Notes under the pieces: model-generated
The model's database searches: none
What the model saw: the letters and a program-made list of their open reading frames with translations, nothing else
What the model was told of the DNA's origin: nothing
Shown: positions 51,869-60,978 of the stretch, piece after piece
How positions within the stretch are numbered: the first letter of the stretch is position 1
How the letters are laid out: every line of letters begins with the position of its first letter
Translations under genes and position numbers: made by a program
From: Actinomycetales bacterium
Lineage (GTDB): Bacteria; Actinomycetota; Actinomycetes; S36-B12
Reading direction: 5' to 3'
DNA length: 64,000 bases
Assembly (NCBI GenBank): GCA_016125355.1
Contig: WGLX01000011.1
Coordinates: 60,264 to 124,263 of the forward strand

Positions 51869-51907
51869 CGGAGTGGCCCCGCATGGGACCGGGGGCACGG
51901 AGTGGCC
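51859..51907 (+). repeat. 20-nt direct repeat duplicating the tRNA 3' end (period 29 nt)
   Basis: accgggggcacggagtggcc occurs at 51859..51878 (last 10 nt of the tRNA plus 10 nt of flank) and again at 51888..51907. Confidence 0.95.
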
Positions 51908-51950
51908 ATGCGTTTATGCGGAAACCAGCCCGGTCGGTTACCGTGTTTCT

Positions 51951-52784
51951 ATGCAATCAAACAACCCTGTGCTGTCGCGCTATGAGAAGTCGGACAAGTC
52001 CGGTTTCGCCTACCAGGAGGGCGTGGACGCCTACTCCCAGGCGGCGGCCGGAGGGGCCGGCGCCGCGGATGTCAACACGGCCTTCCAGACGGTCACGGCG
52101 GCCGGCGGAGCCCGCCTGACGATCAACGACGTCATCGTCAAGACCCTCGGCGTCTTCGCCGTGGTCGTCGTCTTCGCGGTGATCGGCTGGAACACCGTCG
52201 AGTCGATGCCGTGGATGCTGTGGGTCGGCCTGATCGGCGGCATGATCCTGGGCTTCGTCAACGCGCTCAAGAAGCAGCCGTCGCCCCCGCTGATCCTGCT
52301 CTACGCGGTGTTCCAGGGCGTCCTGCTGGGCGCCATCAGCAACTTCTACAACACCCTGGCGATCAGCAACCAGTACGAGGGCATCGTCCTGCAGGCCGTG
52401 ATCGCCACGATGACGACGTTCGGCGTGATGCTGGCGCTGTACCTCACGGGCGTCATCAAGGTGACGAAGAAGTTCCAGAGCATCCTCATGGTCGCCGCGG
52501 TGTCCTACCTGCTCATCGGGCTGGCCTCGCTGGTGGCGGCGCTGTTCGGCGTCGGCGGCGGCTGGGGCTTCTACGGTGTCGGCGGCCTAGGCATCCTCAT
52601 CGCCGTGGCCGGCGTGCTGATCGCCTCCTTCTTCCTGCTGCTCGACTTCGAGGCGATCAACCACGGCATCCGCATGGGTGCCCCGGAGCGCGAGTCGTGG
52701 CGTATGGCCTTCGGGCTGCTCGTCACGCTCATCTGGATCTACCTGGAGTTCCTGCGCCTGCTGGCCCTGCTGAATCGCAACTAG
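51951..52784 (+). CDS. Bax inhibitor-1/YccA-family membrane protein
   Basis: ATG 51951 (MQSNNPVLSRYEK...). Seven hydrophobic segments. The longer ORF start at 51810 runs through the tRNA and was rejected. Confidence 0.85.
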   Translation: MQSNNPVLSRYEKSDKSGFAYQEGVDAYSQAAAGGAGAADVNTAFQTVTAAGGARLTINDVIVKTLGVFAVVVVFAVIGWNTVESMPWMLWVGLIGGMILGFVNALKKQPSPPLILLYAVFQGVLLGAISNFYNTLAISNQYEGIVLQAVIATMTTFGVMLALYLTGVIKVTKKFQSILMVAAVSYLLIGLASLVAALFGVGGGWGFYGVGGLGILIAVAGVLIASFFLLLDFEAINHGIRMGAPERESWRMAFGLLVTLIWIYLEFLRLLALLNRN

Positions 52785-52787
52785 GCG

Positions 52788-53108
52788 TCAGGGCAGCGCA
52801 CGCCGCAACGCGACGAGGGCGTCCAGCACCGGATCGAGGTCCGGTTGGCTGGACGCCCTCATCGCATCCAGGCAGTCCCGCCCGAGGACGGCCATCAGGG
52901 CGCCGAGTCCCTGCGGGCCGAGGCGGGGGAGGGTGGCATCGGCCGGAACATCCGACGACAGCATCCGGGTGTGGGCCAGCAGGACCTCGGCCGCCAGCTG
53001 CACGTCGTCCGACGCCGACTCTGCCTTCGCCAGGGGCATGGAGGTGAGGCGGTCCACGACTCGGTGCAGTTCCCGTTCGACGTCGTCCAGTGATGCGGGT
53101 GACGTCAC
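52788..53108 (-). CDS. hypothetical small helical protein, translationally coupled to the MBL hydrolase
   Basis: GTG 53108 overlaps the MBL-gene stop (GTGA). 106 aa. No recognised motif. Confidence 0.45.
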   Translation of the reverse strand: MTSPASLDDVERELHRVVDRLTSMPLAKAESASDDVQLAAEVLLAHTRMLSSDVPADATLPRLGPQGLGALMAVLGRDCLDAMRASSQPDLDPVLDALVALRRALP

Positions 53109-53815
53109 CGGGAGCCCCGCATGAGGAAGCCTCGGATCCGTTCCCGGGCGTCGTCGCGGATCTCCGGGCCATGGGTGAAGGCCGCCACCGAGTACTCCAC
53201 CTCGCCGAGGACGTGAGCAGAGCGCTGGTTCAGGTGCGCCGAGGTGCACACGGCAGCGAGCGGCCAGCGCATGCGGGCACCCATGTTGAAGATCGCATCA
53301 CCGGTGATGAGCACGCCCGACTCCTCGTGCAGGAGCGACACGTGGCCCGGAGTGTGGCCGGGGGTGTGCAGGACGCGCAGGCCGCCGGCAACGTCGATCA
53401 CCTGTCCGTCGTGGAGCTCGGTCACCACGGGGGTCGCCGTGAACCTCGCCGTGGGCCCTCGGCCGAGCAGGCGGCCGGCGGTGGGGTTGCCCCAGGGCGC
53501 CGACGTGCCGGCACGGATGTAGGGAGCATCATCGGCATGGACATCCACCCCCTCGGTGCCGGCTCGTGTCACGAGCTCGTGGGCCCCGCCGGCGTGGTCG
53601 CCGTGGGCGTGGGTGAGGATGATCCGCGTCACGTCGGACGGCCGCTTCCCGATGCCGGCCAGCGCCGCCACGATGCGCCGCGGCGCGCGTGCCAGGCCGC
53701 AGTCCACCAGGGTGACCTGGCCGTCCGCGTCGACGAAGGCGAACGCGTTGATGTAGTCACCCAATGTCGGGATCCGGTACACGCCGGGCGCGAGCAGGAC
53801 GATCGGGGCAGCCAC
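53105..53815 (-). CDS. MBL-fold metallo-hydrolase
   Basis: THAHGDHAGG zinc motif. 236 aa. Confidence 0.88.
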   Translation of the reverse strand: MAAPIVLLAPGVYRIPTLGDYINAFAFVDADGQVTLVDCGLARAPRRIVAALAGIGKRPSDVTRIILTHAHGDHAGGAHELVTRAGTEGVDVHADDAPYIRAGTSAPWGNPTAGRLLGRGPTARFTATPVVTELHDGQVIDVAGGLRVLHTPGHTPGHVSLLHEESGVLITGDAIFNMGARMRWPLAAVCTSAHLNQRSAHVLGEVEYSVAAFTHGPEIRDDARERIRGFLMRGSR

Positions 53816-53867
53816 GCTGGCAGCCTACGGTGCCGAACCGGTGACCGTGGCTGCCTGCCTGATGCTC

Positions 53868-54521
53868 CTACGCGAGAGCTGGCAGCGCCAGGCCGGTGTT
53901 GGCGTGGCAGCGGTAGCCGTGGGGGTTCTTGTAGAGGTACTGCTGGTGGTAGTCCTCGGCCAGGAAGTAGGTGAAGTCGCTCGCGGGAGCGATCACGGTC
54001 GTGATGTCGCCGTAGCCGCGCTCCGCGATCACGTCCGCGTACGCGTCCCGGGTGCGCTCGGCCAGCTCGCGCTGCTCGTCGGTCGTGTAGAAGACGGCGC
54101 TGCGGTACTGGGTGCCGATGTCGTTGCCCTGGCGGTACCCCTGGGTGGGGTCGTGGTTCTCCCAGAACACCTTGAGCACGTCGTAGGTCGGCAGGGTCGC
54201 GGGGTCGTACGCGAGGAGCGCGGTCTCGGTGTGCCCAGTCCGGCCGGTGCAGACCTCCTCGTAGGTGGGATTCGGGGTCATCCCGCCCATGTAGCCGACG
54301 CTCGTGCTCACCACGCCGGGGAGGCGCCAGTAGATCTCCTCGATGCCCCAGAAGCAGCCGGCAGCGAGGTAGATCACCTCGGTCCCCTCGGGCCACGGTC
54401 CGGTGAGGGAACTGCCGAGCACGGTGTGCGGCGCCGGCTGCGGGAGCACGGGTGCGGTACGGCCGGGCAGGGCTTCGTCCGCGGTGACCATGCGCGACTT
54501 CACGCGTCCGAACAGATCCAT
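53868..54521 (-). CDS. msrA: peptide-methionine (S)-S-oxide reductase
   Basis: Catalytic GCFWG motif. 217 aa. Confidence 0.95.
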   Translation of the reverse strand: MDLFGRVKSRMVTADEALPGRTAPVLPQPAPHTVLGSSLTGPWPEGTEVIYLAAGCFWGIEEIYWRLPGVVSTSVGYMGGMTPNPTYEEVCTGRTGHTETALLAYDPATLPTYDVLKVFWENHDPTQGYRQGNDIGTQYRSAVFYTTDEQRELAERTRDAYADVIAERGYGDITTVIAPASDFTYFLAEDYHQQYLYKNPHGYRCHANTGLALPALA

Positions 54522-54566
54522 ACCGGAAGACTACGTCTGCCCTTCCGGTCCGGCGAGCCGTGAGCG

Positions 54567-55553
54567 TTACCGCTTCCTTACAAGGTCGAAGTGCTGGTAG
54601 TCGCGCGGTGCCAGCCACGACCAGCCGAGGGACTTCAGCAGGAGCACGGCCGGATGGTGCGGCGTGAGGACGAGCGGGGAGAGCGGCCGTGAGGGGCCGG
54701 GCAGGTACGTGGCATTCGGCACCGGCCCTCGTCGGGATCGGTACGGGTTCTCCCACGGGTTGAGATCGAGCGCGCGGCCCCCGGCGTGCGGGCTGCGGAC
54801 CCGCTCGTGCTCGCGCCCGACGATGTAGCGGCAGTTGAACATGGACGTGTTGCCGGAGGCCATCGAGGCGTAGTCGTTGGCTCCTGTTCCCACCGGTGAC
54901 GGTCCGTAGACGTCCACCGGGTGCATGGACCAGATGCGGTACTGCAGGTCGTAGAGCCGGGAGAAGGTCTCGGCCACCCGCTCCGCCGCATTGGCCCGGG
55001 TGATGACCACACCCCGGTGCCGGTAGCCGTCCGGGGCGATGTAGTTGACCTGCACCTCTCGGAGGAGGCGGAAGGGCAGGCAGCCCGGGCGCCACGACAC
55101 CCCGGTCATCGAGGCCCGGCGCTCGGGGCTGATGGGGAGCACGGCGGGATTCGGCCCCTCCCCGAGCGCTGGCGGATCAGCGATGACGCCGTCCGGGGTG
55201 GGATCGACGCGGACATCCGCATACGCCGCGGCCACGGGGACGGTCGTGGTCACGCTGGCATCGCCGGCCGTCACCGTCGCGTCGAAGGGCTGCCACGCGA
55301 GGATCGACAGGGCGACCGACCCGCTGGCGTCAGCGATACCCGACACCGTGACCTCGCCGGCCGTGAGGATCACGTCGCTTCCGGGGGTGGCGCCGGACAC
55401 CTGAACGATGCCCGGCACCTCGGACACGAGGGCGCTGGTCACCACCAGCAGGCTCGGCGCCGAAGGGGCGTCGTCTGCGGCTGCGGCGCCTGCCGACCCC
55501 AGGACGAGGGTCGCGCTGACCACGCCAACGGCGGCGGTGACGAGCAGGCGCAT
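54567..55553 (-). CDS. secreted M15-family (VanY/D-Ala-D-Ala carboxypeptidase-like) metallopeptidase
   Basis: Signal peptide from ATG 55553 (ORF-track start 55598). Zinc ligand pattern SPHAGGRALDLNP ... DYQHFD. Confidence 0.75.
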   Translation of the reverse strand: MRLLVTAAVGVVSATLVLGSAGAAAADDAPSAPSLLVVTSALVSEVPGIVQVSGATPGSDVILTAGEVTVSGIADASGSVALSILAWQPFDATVTAGDASVTTTVPVAAAYADVRVDPTPDGVIADPPALGEGPNPAVLPISPERRASMTGVSWRPGCLPFRLLREVQVNYIAPDGYRHRGVVITRANAAERVAETFSRLYDLQYRIWSMHPVDVYGPSPVGTGANDYASMASGNTSMFNCRYIVGREHERVRSPHAGGRALDLNPWENPYRSRRGPVPNATYLPGPSRPLSPLVLTPHHPAVLLLKSLGWSWLAPRDYQHFDLVRKR

Positions 55554-55614
55554 CCCTCGAGTATGGGTCACGCGTGCCGCGCGTGGGTAAGTCGCCACCG
55601 CCTAGGGTGCCCCC

Positions 55615-56289
55615 ATGAGCCATGCTGGGGGAGTCAGCCAGGGATCGGACACGTGGCGGGGAGAGCATCGCTGGCCCATGGCGGTCGCCGTGCTCGCCGT
55701 GGCGACGATGCACGCGCTGCTGCCTCCCGAACTGCGCCTGGTGACGTCGAGCTGGCTGCCGTGGGCATCGGCCGTGATCCTCGCCGTACTGGTGTTCGGC
55801 GATCCCGGCCGCGTCAACAGCCTGAAGACGTGGGTCCGCCTGCTGACCGATGTGCTCATCGCGATCCTCACCCTGTCCAATGCCTACGCGGCCGTCATGC
55901 TCGTCGTGGGCATCGTCCAGAACGCCTCCTTCGAGACGCCGGCGGAGCTGCTGTTCGCCGGCGCGGTGGTGTGGCTGTCCAACGTCATCTGCTTCGCGCT
56001 CTGGTTCTGGGACCTGGATCGGGGAGGCCCGGCTGAGCGCGCGGCGGGCACGGGACGCGCCCCTGCCTTCGTGTTCCCCGAGATGACGCACACGTCGCAT
56101 GTCGGGCCGAACGGGCAGCCGACTTTCGTCGACTACCTCACCTACTCCTTCAGCACCGCGACGGCGTTCAGCCCGACGGACGTCTCCGCGGTCAAGCCCT
56201 GGGCAAAGCTCCTCGTGGTGCTGGAGTCGCTCGTGTCGCTGGCGCTGGCGATGCTGGTGATCGCCCGTGCGGTGAACATCCTCAACTGA
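55615..56289 (+). CDS. integral membrane protein (DUF1345-like)
   Basis: 224 aa with four to six hydrophobic segments. The N-terminal EHRWPMAVAVL pattern resembles DUF1345. Confidence 0.55.
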   Translation: MSHAGGVSQGSDTWRGEHRWPMAVAVLAVATMHALLPPELRLVTSSWLPWASAVILAVLVFGDPGRVNSLKTWVRLLTDVLIAILTLSNAYAAVMLVVGIVQNASFETPAELLFAGAVVWLSNVICFALWFWDLDRGGPAERAAGTGRAPAFVFPEMTHTSHVGPNGQPTFVDYLTYSFSTATAFSPTDVSAVKPWAKLLVVLESLVSLALAMLVIARAVNILN

Positions 56290-56298
56290 CCAGAGCGC

Positions 56299-57582
56299 TC
56301 ACGCCGCGGCCACCTGGCGCGCCCGGTGCAGCGTCTCGGGCATCGCAACAACGAATGCCACGGCCACGAGCGTGAGCAGGGCTCCCGCGGCGAACGCCCA
56401 GTCGAAGTCGAGTGCGTCGATGAGGAATCCGGCGAGCAGTGGGCCCGTGATCGCGCCAACGTCGGACATCATCTGGAAGGCCGCGACGACGATGCCGCCT
56501 CGTCGGCCGCCCATCACATCGCCGACGACAGCCGCGGGTGCCGAGCCGAGGAAGGCGCCAGCGGCCCCCTGGATCGCCATGGCGACGAAGAACAGGGCAG
56601 TGCCGGCAATTGCGTGGGTGCTCCAGCCGTTCACGGCGACGTCGGCGATCGTCAGGGTCAGCATTCCGATCCCGGTGCCGATGGTGCCGATCAGCAGGGC
56701 CTTGCGTCGGCCCTGCGTGTCCGCCATCCGTCCGGCGGGCAGGAGGAGCAGGGCCTGCAGCCCGGCCGCGATGAGGAAACCGATGCCGGTGAGGCTGGCG
56801 CTCTGACTCAGGCCCTCGGTGACGAACAGCGGGACTGCCGAGGCCCGCAGCCCGAACACCACGAAACCGGTGACGAGGTTCACCACGATGGCCGCCCGGT
56901 AGGCCCCGTCACGCAGAGCGGCCCGCAGCTGCTCCAGCCGGTTCTCGTTGCCCGCCGCCACCTGGTGCTCGAGCTCCTGCAGGCGGGCTCGCGCGAGGAA
57001 CGTCACGGCGACGAGCGCGGCCAGGAGCAGCGTTCCCGCGTAGACGAAGAACGGCGCGCGGATGGACCAGGCCACCACCAGTCCGCCGACCGCCGGTCCC
57101 GCGACGCCGCCGAGGAGGAAGCCGCCCTGGAACGCACCGCTGGCGCGCCCGCGCTGCTCGGTGCCGACGACGCGCAGCAGCAACGCCATGGCCGAGACCG
57201 TGAACATGCTCGAGCCCAGGCCACCCGCTCCGCGGAGCACGAGGAGCTGGGCGTAGGTCTGCGAGAAGCCGGCTGCGGCGCTCGAGACGGCGACGATGAG
57301 CAGGCCGGATGTCATGACGATGCGCTCGCCGAGTCGATCCACCAGCCCGCCGGAGATCGGCGAGGTGACGAACCGCACCAGCGCGAACACCGAGATGACG
57401 AGGCTCGCCTCGAGGGCGTTCACGTCGAAGGACCGGGCGAACACCGGGATGACCGGGATGAGGATGCCGAACCCGAGCGCGACGCAGAAGGCCACGCCGG
57501 TGAGCACGGCGACCTCGCGCGGCAGGCCAGCGAGAAGGGGGGTCCGGCGCAGCGCCCGCCCGATCCGGCGGTGCGGGGTCAC
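56299..57582 (-). CDS. MFS transporter
   Basis: 427 aa, 12 predicted TM helices, MFS loop motif GGLVDRLGER. GTG start. Confidence 0.88.
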   Translation of the reverse strand: MTPHRRIGRALRRTPLLAGLPREVAVLTGVAFCVALGFGILIPVIPVFARSFDVNALEASLVISVFALVRFVTSPISGGLVDRLGERIVMTSGLLIVAVSSAAAGFSQTYAQLLVLRGAGGLGSSMFTVSAMALLLRVVGTEQRGRASGAFQGGFLLGGVAGPAVGGLVVAWSIRAPFFVYAGTLLLAALVAVTFLARARLQELEHQVAAGNENRLEQLRAALRDGAYRAAIVVNLVTGFVVFGLRASAVPLFVTEGLSQSASLTGIGFLIAAGLQALLLLPAGRMADTQGRRKALLIGTIGTGIGMLTLTIADVAVNGWSTHAIAGTALFFVAMAIQGAAGAFLGSAPAAVVGDVMGGRRGGIVVAAFQMMSDVGAITGPLLAGFLIDALDFDWAFAAGALLTLVAVAFVVAMPETLHRARQVAAA

Positions 57583-57744
57583 GCGATCGACCGGAGGGTC
57601 ACGCGATCGGCCGCAGACAGCATGGCGAAAGCCTATCCAGCGCGTTTCGGAAACTGCCCCGCGGAGTTGGCCAATGGGACCTGACGACGAGTCCGCCGCG
57701 AGTACAGTCAGCGCCGCCTCAAGGCCTGCATCAGGGAGGACATC

Positions 57745-59451
57745 ATGTCCGTGGGTTTGGCGTCCGTGGTTCCGCCGTGGCTGCGGAGCTACCAGGGATC
57801 GTGGCTCGGTCGGGACATCATCGCGGGGGCCACTCTGGCGGCGGTGGCCATCCCCGAGTGCATGGGCTACACGTCCATCGCGCAGACACCGATCGTGACC
57901 GGCCTCTACACGATCATCTTCCCGACGATCCTGTTCGCGCTGCTGGGGTCGTCACGGCTCCTCGTCGTGGGAGCGGACTCGGCCACCGCAGCGCTGCTCG
58001 CGGCCGGCCTGGGCGCAGCGGCGATCACAGGGGCCACACCTGGCTCCCAGGAGTGGCTCGCCTACACCAGCGTCATCGCGCTCATGGCCGGTGTCCTGCT
58101 CATCATCGCCCGGGTCTTCAAGCTCGGGTTCCTGGGCGACTTCCTCAGCGCCTCGGTCCTGATCGGCTTCCTCACCGGTGTCGGCGTGCAGGTGGCCACG
58201 GGGCAGATCCCCGACCTGCTGGGCATCCCGAAGGGCTCGGGCAACTGGTTCCAGCAGCAGTGGTCGTGGATCACTCACCTCGCGGACACGCATGGGCCCA
58301 CGCTCCTCTACGGCCTTGCGACGATCCTGATCATCAAGGGCTTCGAGCGGTTCCTGCCGAAGGTCCCCGGCGCCGTCGTCGCCGTGCTGCTGCTCATCGG
58401 CGTGTCCACCGTGCTGGACTCCTCGGCAAACGGCGTGGCGGTGGTCGGCTCGGTGCAGGGGGGCCTGCCCCCGATCGGCCTTCCCGAGGGGATGACGCTT
58501 ACCGACATCACGGACAACTTCGCCGTGCTGCTCGGGATCGCCTTCTCGTGCTTCATCCTCATCATCGCGCAGAGCGCCGCGACCTCTCGAAGCTTCGCGA
58601 TGAAGCACGGCCAGGGGGTCGACGTGAACCGCGACATCGTCGGCCTGTCCGGGGCGAACGTCGCCGCCGGGCTCAGCGGCACCTTCGTCGTCAACGGCAG
58701 CCCGACCAAGACGCAGATCCTCGATGGCCAGGGTGGTCGCACGCAGCTGGCCAATCTGACGATGTCGGGCATCACGCTGCTCGTCGTGCTCTTCTTCACC
58801 GCGCTGCTGACCAACATGCCCAAGTCGGTCCTGGCGGGCATCGTGTTCCTGATCGGCGTGAGCCTCATCGACGTCAAGGGGCTGCGGATCATCGCCCGCA
58901 TGCGGCGCTCGGAGTTCGTCATCGCGGTCATCACCGCCGTCGTCGTCTGTGCCGTCGGTGTCGAGCAGGGCATCATCCTGGCGATCGTCGTGTCCATCCT
59001 CGACCTGGTCCGCCGTCAGTACCGTCCGAAGGACTTCGTCGTCGCCATCGACGAGCAGGGAAAGCCCGAGTACGAGCCGGCCACCCCGGGCACCGTCAGC
59101 GTGCCCGGTCTGGTCATCTTCCGCTACGACGCAGAGCTCTTCTACGCCAATGCGAACCGGTTCGTCGATGACGTCGAGGCCCTGATCGAGGCGGCTCCGA
59201 GTCCGGTGGAGTGGCTGGTCCTCGATGCCTCATCGGTGAGTGACGTCGACTACTCGGCCGCCCGCGCGCTCAAGGGCCTCGCGGACTTCCTGGCGGCGCG
59301 GGGCATCGTGCTGGCTGTTGCGCGTGGGGACGGGAGCCTGCTGCCGTCGATGGAGGCCTACGGACTGGCCGAGAAGGTGGCACCCGAGCGCAGGTTCGCC
59401 AACCTCGACGAGGCGTACCAGGCGTTCCTCGCGCGGGCAGACCAGCACTGA
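57745..59451 (+). CDS. SulP-family anion transporter with C-terminal STAS domain
   Basis: N-terminus YQGSWLGRDIIAGATLAAVAIPECMGY. 568 aa. STAS-like tail (VLDASSVSDVDYSAARAL). Confidence 0.9.
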   Translation: MSVGLASVVPPWLRSYQGSWLGRDIIAGATLAAVAIPECMGYTSIAQTPIVTGLYTIIFPTILFALLGSSRLLVVGADSATAALLAAGLGAAAITGATPGSQEWLAYTSVIALMAGVLLIIARVFKLGFLGDFLSASVLIGFLTGVGVQVATGQIPDLLGIPKGSGNWFQQQWSWITHLADTHGPTLLYGLATILIIKGFERFLPKVPGAVVAVLLLIGVSTVLDSSANGVAVVGSVQGGLPPIGLPEGMTLTDITDNFAVLLGIAFSCFILIIAQSAATSRSFAMKHGQGVDVNRDIVGLSGANVAAGLSGTFVVNGSPTKTQILDGQGGRTQLANLTMSGITLLVVLFFTALLTNMPKSVLAGIVFLIGVSLIDVKGLRIIARMRRSEFVIAVITAVVVCAVGVEQGIILAIVVSILDLVRRQYRPKDFVVAIDEQGKPEYEPATPGTVSVPGLVIFRYDAELFYANANRFVDDVEALIEAAPSPVEWLVLDASSVSDVDYSAARALKGLADFLAARGIVLAVARGDGSLLPSMEAYGLAEKVAPERRFANLDEAYQAFLARADQH

Positions 59452-59580
59452 CCGGCGTCAGCGGCGGGCCTGAACGCGTCTCGACGTCCGTCGCGGCGGG
59501 TTATCCACAGGCGCACGCCGAGGTCCCCAGGGCCACCGGGCCGACTGACGGGAGTCGGCCGGTGCTGACACGATGGCGGC

Positions 59581-60063
59581 ATGCCAGCAGTCGCCGTGTA
59601 CGCCGCCGAGGACCAGTGGTCGGCCGCGCTCGATCGAGGAGGCGTCGTCGACTTCTTCGGTTCCCGGATGGACCTGCCCACGCAGAGGCGGTTCGCCGAC
59701 GTGTCCTCGGTGCAGGCCTACGTCGATGGGGTGCTGGCGCGGTCGGCCGTGGTGGGCTCCTACCCGGACGCCGGCCCGGTCCGCGTCCGGCCGCGGGCGG
59801 GCGGGCGCCGGGCGCACTACGAGCCGCAATCCGCCACCATCGCGCTGCCCGGCGAGCTGTGGGCGGGCCGCGAGTCCGTGATCCTGCATGAGCTCGCCCA
59901 TCACCTGTCGTGCAGCATCGGGGTCCCGCGGGAGAGCTCGGGACTTCGCTGGCACGGTCGGGAGTACCGGGAGACGATGCTGCGCCTCGTGGCGGAGGTC
60001 CTCGGCGAGCCGGCGGCCCTGCTGCTGCGTGCCGGTTACGACGCAGCCGGAGTCGCGTCATGA
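59581..60063 (+). CDS. HExxH putative metallohydrolase (TIGR04338 / Rv0185-like family)
   Basis: 160 aa with ESVILHELAHHL zinc motif. Translationally coupled to the following DUF2786 gene. Confidence 0.7.
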   Translation: MPAVAVYAAEDQWSAALDRGGVVDFFGSRMDLPTQRRFADVSSVQAYVDGVLARSAVVGSYPDAGPVRVRPRAGGRRAHYEPQSATIALPGELWAGRESVILHELAHHLSCSIGVPRESSGLRWHGREYRETMLRLVAEVLGEPAALLLRAGYDAAGVAS

Positions 60064-60869
60064 GCGCGACCTTGGATCGCATCGGGGCCCTGCTCGCGAA
60101 AGCGGAGCGAACCGACAACGATGCCGAGGCGGAGGCCTATCTCGTCAAGGCCCAGCAGCTGGCCACCCTCGCCAGTGTCGACCTGGCGGTCGCGCGTGCC
60201 CGGGTGGCGCGTCGGGAGGCGCGGCAGCAGCCCGAGTCGCGGACGACCACCATCGGCGAGAAGGGCCGCCGAGCCAACCCGCACCTGATCGCGCTGTTCG
60301 TGGCCATCGCCCATGCCAACGACGCGCAGGTCGACGTGGCCTCGAACTCGACGTACGTCATCGGATACGGCATGCCGGCGGACCTCGACGTGGTCGAGAC
60401 GATCTTCGCCTCCCTCTCCGTGCACATGGTCCATGCGTCGCAGGCCTACGTCACCGGCCGTTCCTGGGTGGGGGAGAGCTACGTCGCGACCGTCGGACGA
60501 CCGCGGAGGAGGGTGCGCAAGCCGCACACGGCGCAGACCGCGCGGACGGCCTTCTACCGCGCCTACGTGGGCCGCATCTCCGAACGGCTGGAGGAGGCAC
60601 GAGCCTCGGCGCTCGCCACCGTTCCCGCCACCTCACCCGCCCACGACGGCGCTGCTGGCTCGACCGCGCTGGTGCTGCGCGAGAAGGCCTCGGAGGTGCG
60701 GGCCTTCCATCGCCGCCAGTCCAACGCTCGAGGCTCCTGGGGCGGCTACTCCGGTGGCGTCCGATCGGCTTCCGGCACCGCCGCGTCGGCGGGCCGCTCG
60801 GCGGCGTCGCGTGCTCGACTGACCGCCCAGCAGGCGCTTCCCGGCAAGGGTCCGGGCCTGCCCGGCTGA
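60060..60869 (+). CDS. DUF2786-family protein
   Basis: The ATG at 60060 overlaps the previous stop (ATGA). The N-terminal IGALLAKAERTDNDAEAEAYLVKAQQLA helix is typical of DUF2786. The C-terminal tail is Arg/Ser/Gly-rich. Confidence 0.7.
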   Translation: MSATLDRIGALLAKAERTDNDAEAEAYLVKAQQLATLASVDLAVARARVARREARQQPESRTTTIGEKGRRANPHLIALFVAIAHANDAQVDVASNSTYVIGYGMPADLDVVETIFASLSVHMVHASQAYVTGRSWVGESYVATVGRPRRRVRKPHTAQTARTAFYRAYVGRISERLEEARASALATVPATSPAHDGAAGSTALVLREKASEVRAFHRRQSNARGSWGGYSGGVRSASGTAASAGRSAASRARLTAQQALPGKGPGLPG

Positions 60870-60892
60870 CCGTGCCCTGCCCCTACCCCCCG

Positions 60893-60949
60893 TGCTGCGT
60901 CACTTGTTGAGGTCCGGCGGCGACGGAATGCTCAACAACTGACGCAGCA
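60893..60949 (+). promoter_or_regulatory. 19-bp-stem inverted repeat (one central mismatch) between the DUF2786 gene and ilvA
   Basis: tgctgcgtcacttgttgag-N19-ctcaacaactgacgcagca ends 30 nt before the ilvA ATG. It could be a terminator or a leader structure. Confidence 0.5.
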
Positions 60950-60978
60950 TCGCGGGAGGGAGGGAGCAGAATGCCCGC

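Noticed and set aside
51810-51950. N-terminal extension of the BI-1 family ORF (start at 51810)
   Set aside because: It would be translated through the tRNA gene and its duplicated 3' end. The conserved family N-terminus MQSNNPVL begins at 51951.
57576-57609. 14-bp direct repeat GGGTCACGCGATCG x2 (period 20) at the MFS transporter start codon
   Set aside because: It is short, GC-rich and partly inside the coding start. It could be a regulator site, but there is no supporting dyad or partner regulator, so it is too weak to call.
59501-59509. Perfect E. coli-type DnaA box TTATCCACA
   Set aside because: It is a single isolated box in a 130-bp intergenic region, with no cluster, no AT-rich unwinding element and no dnaA/dnaN context. 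It is most likely chance.
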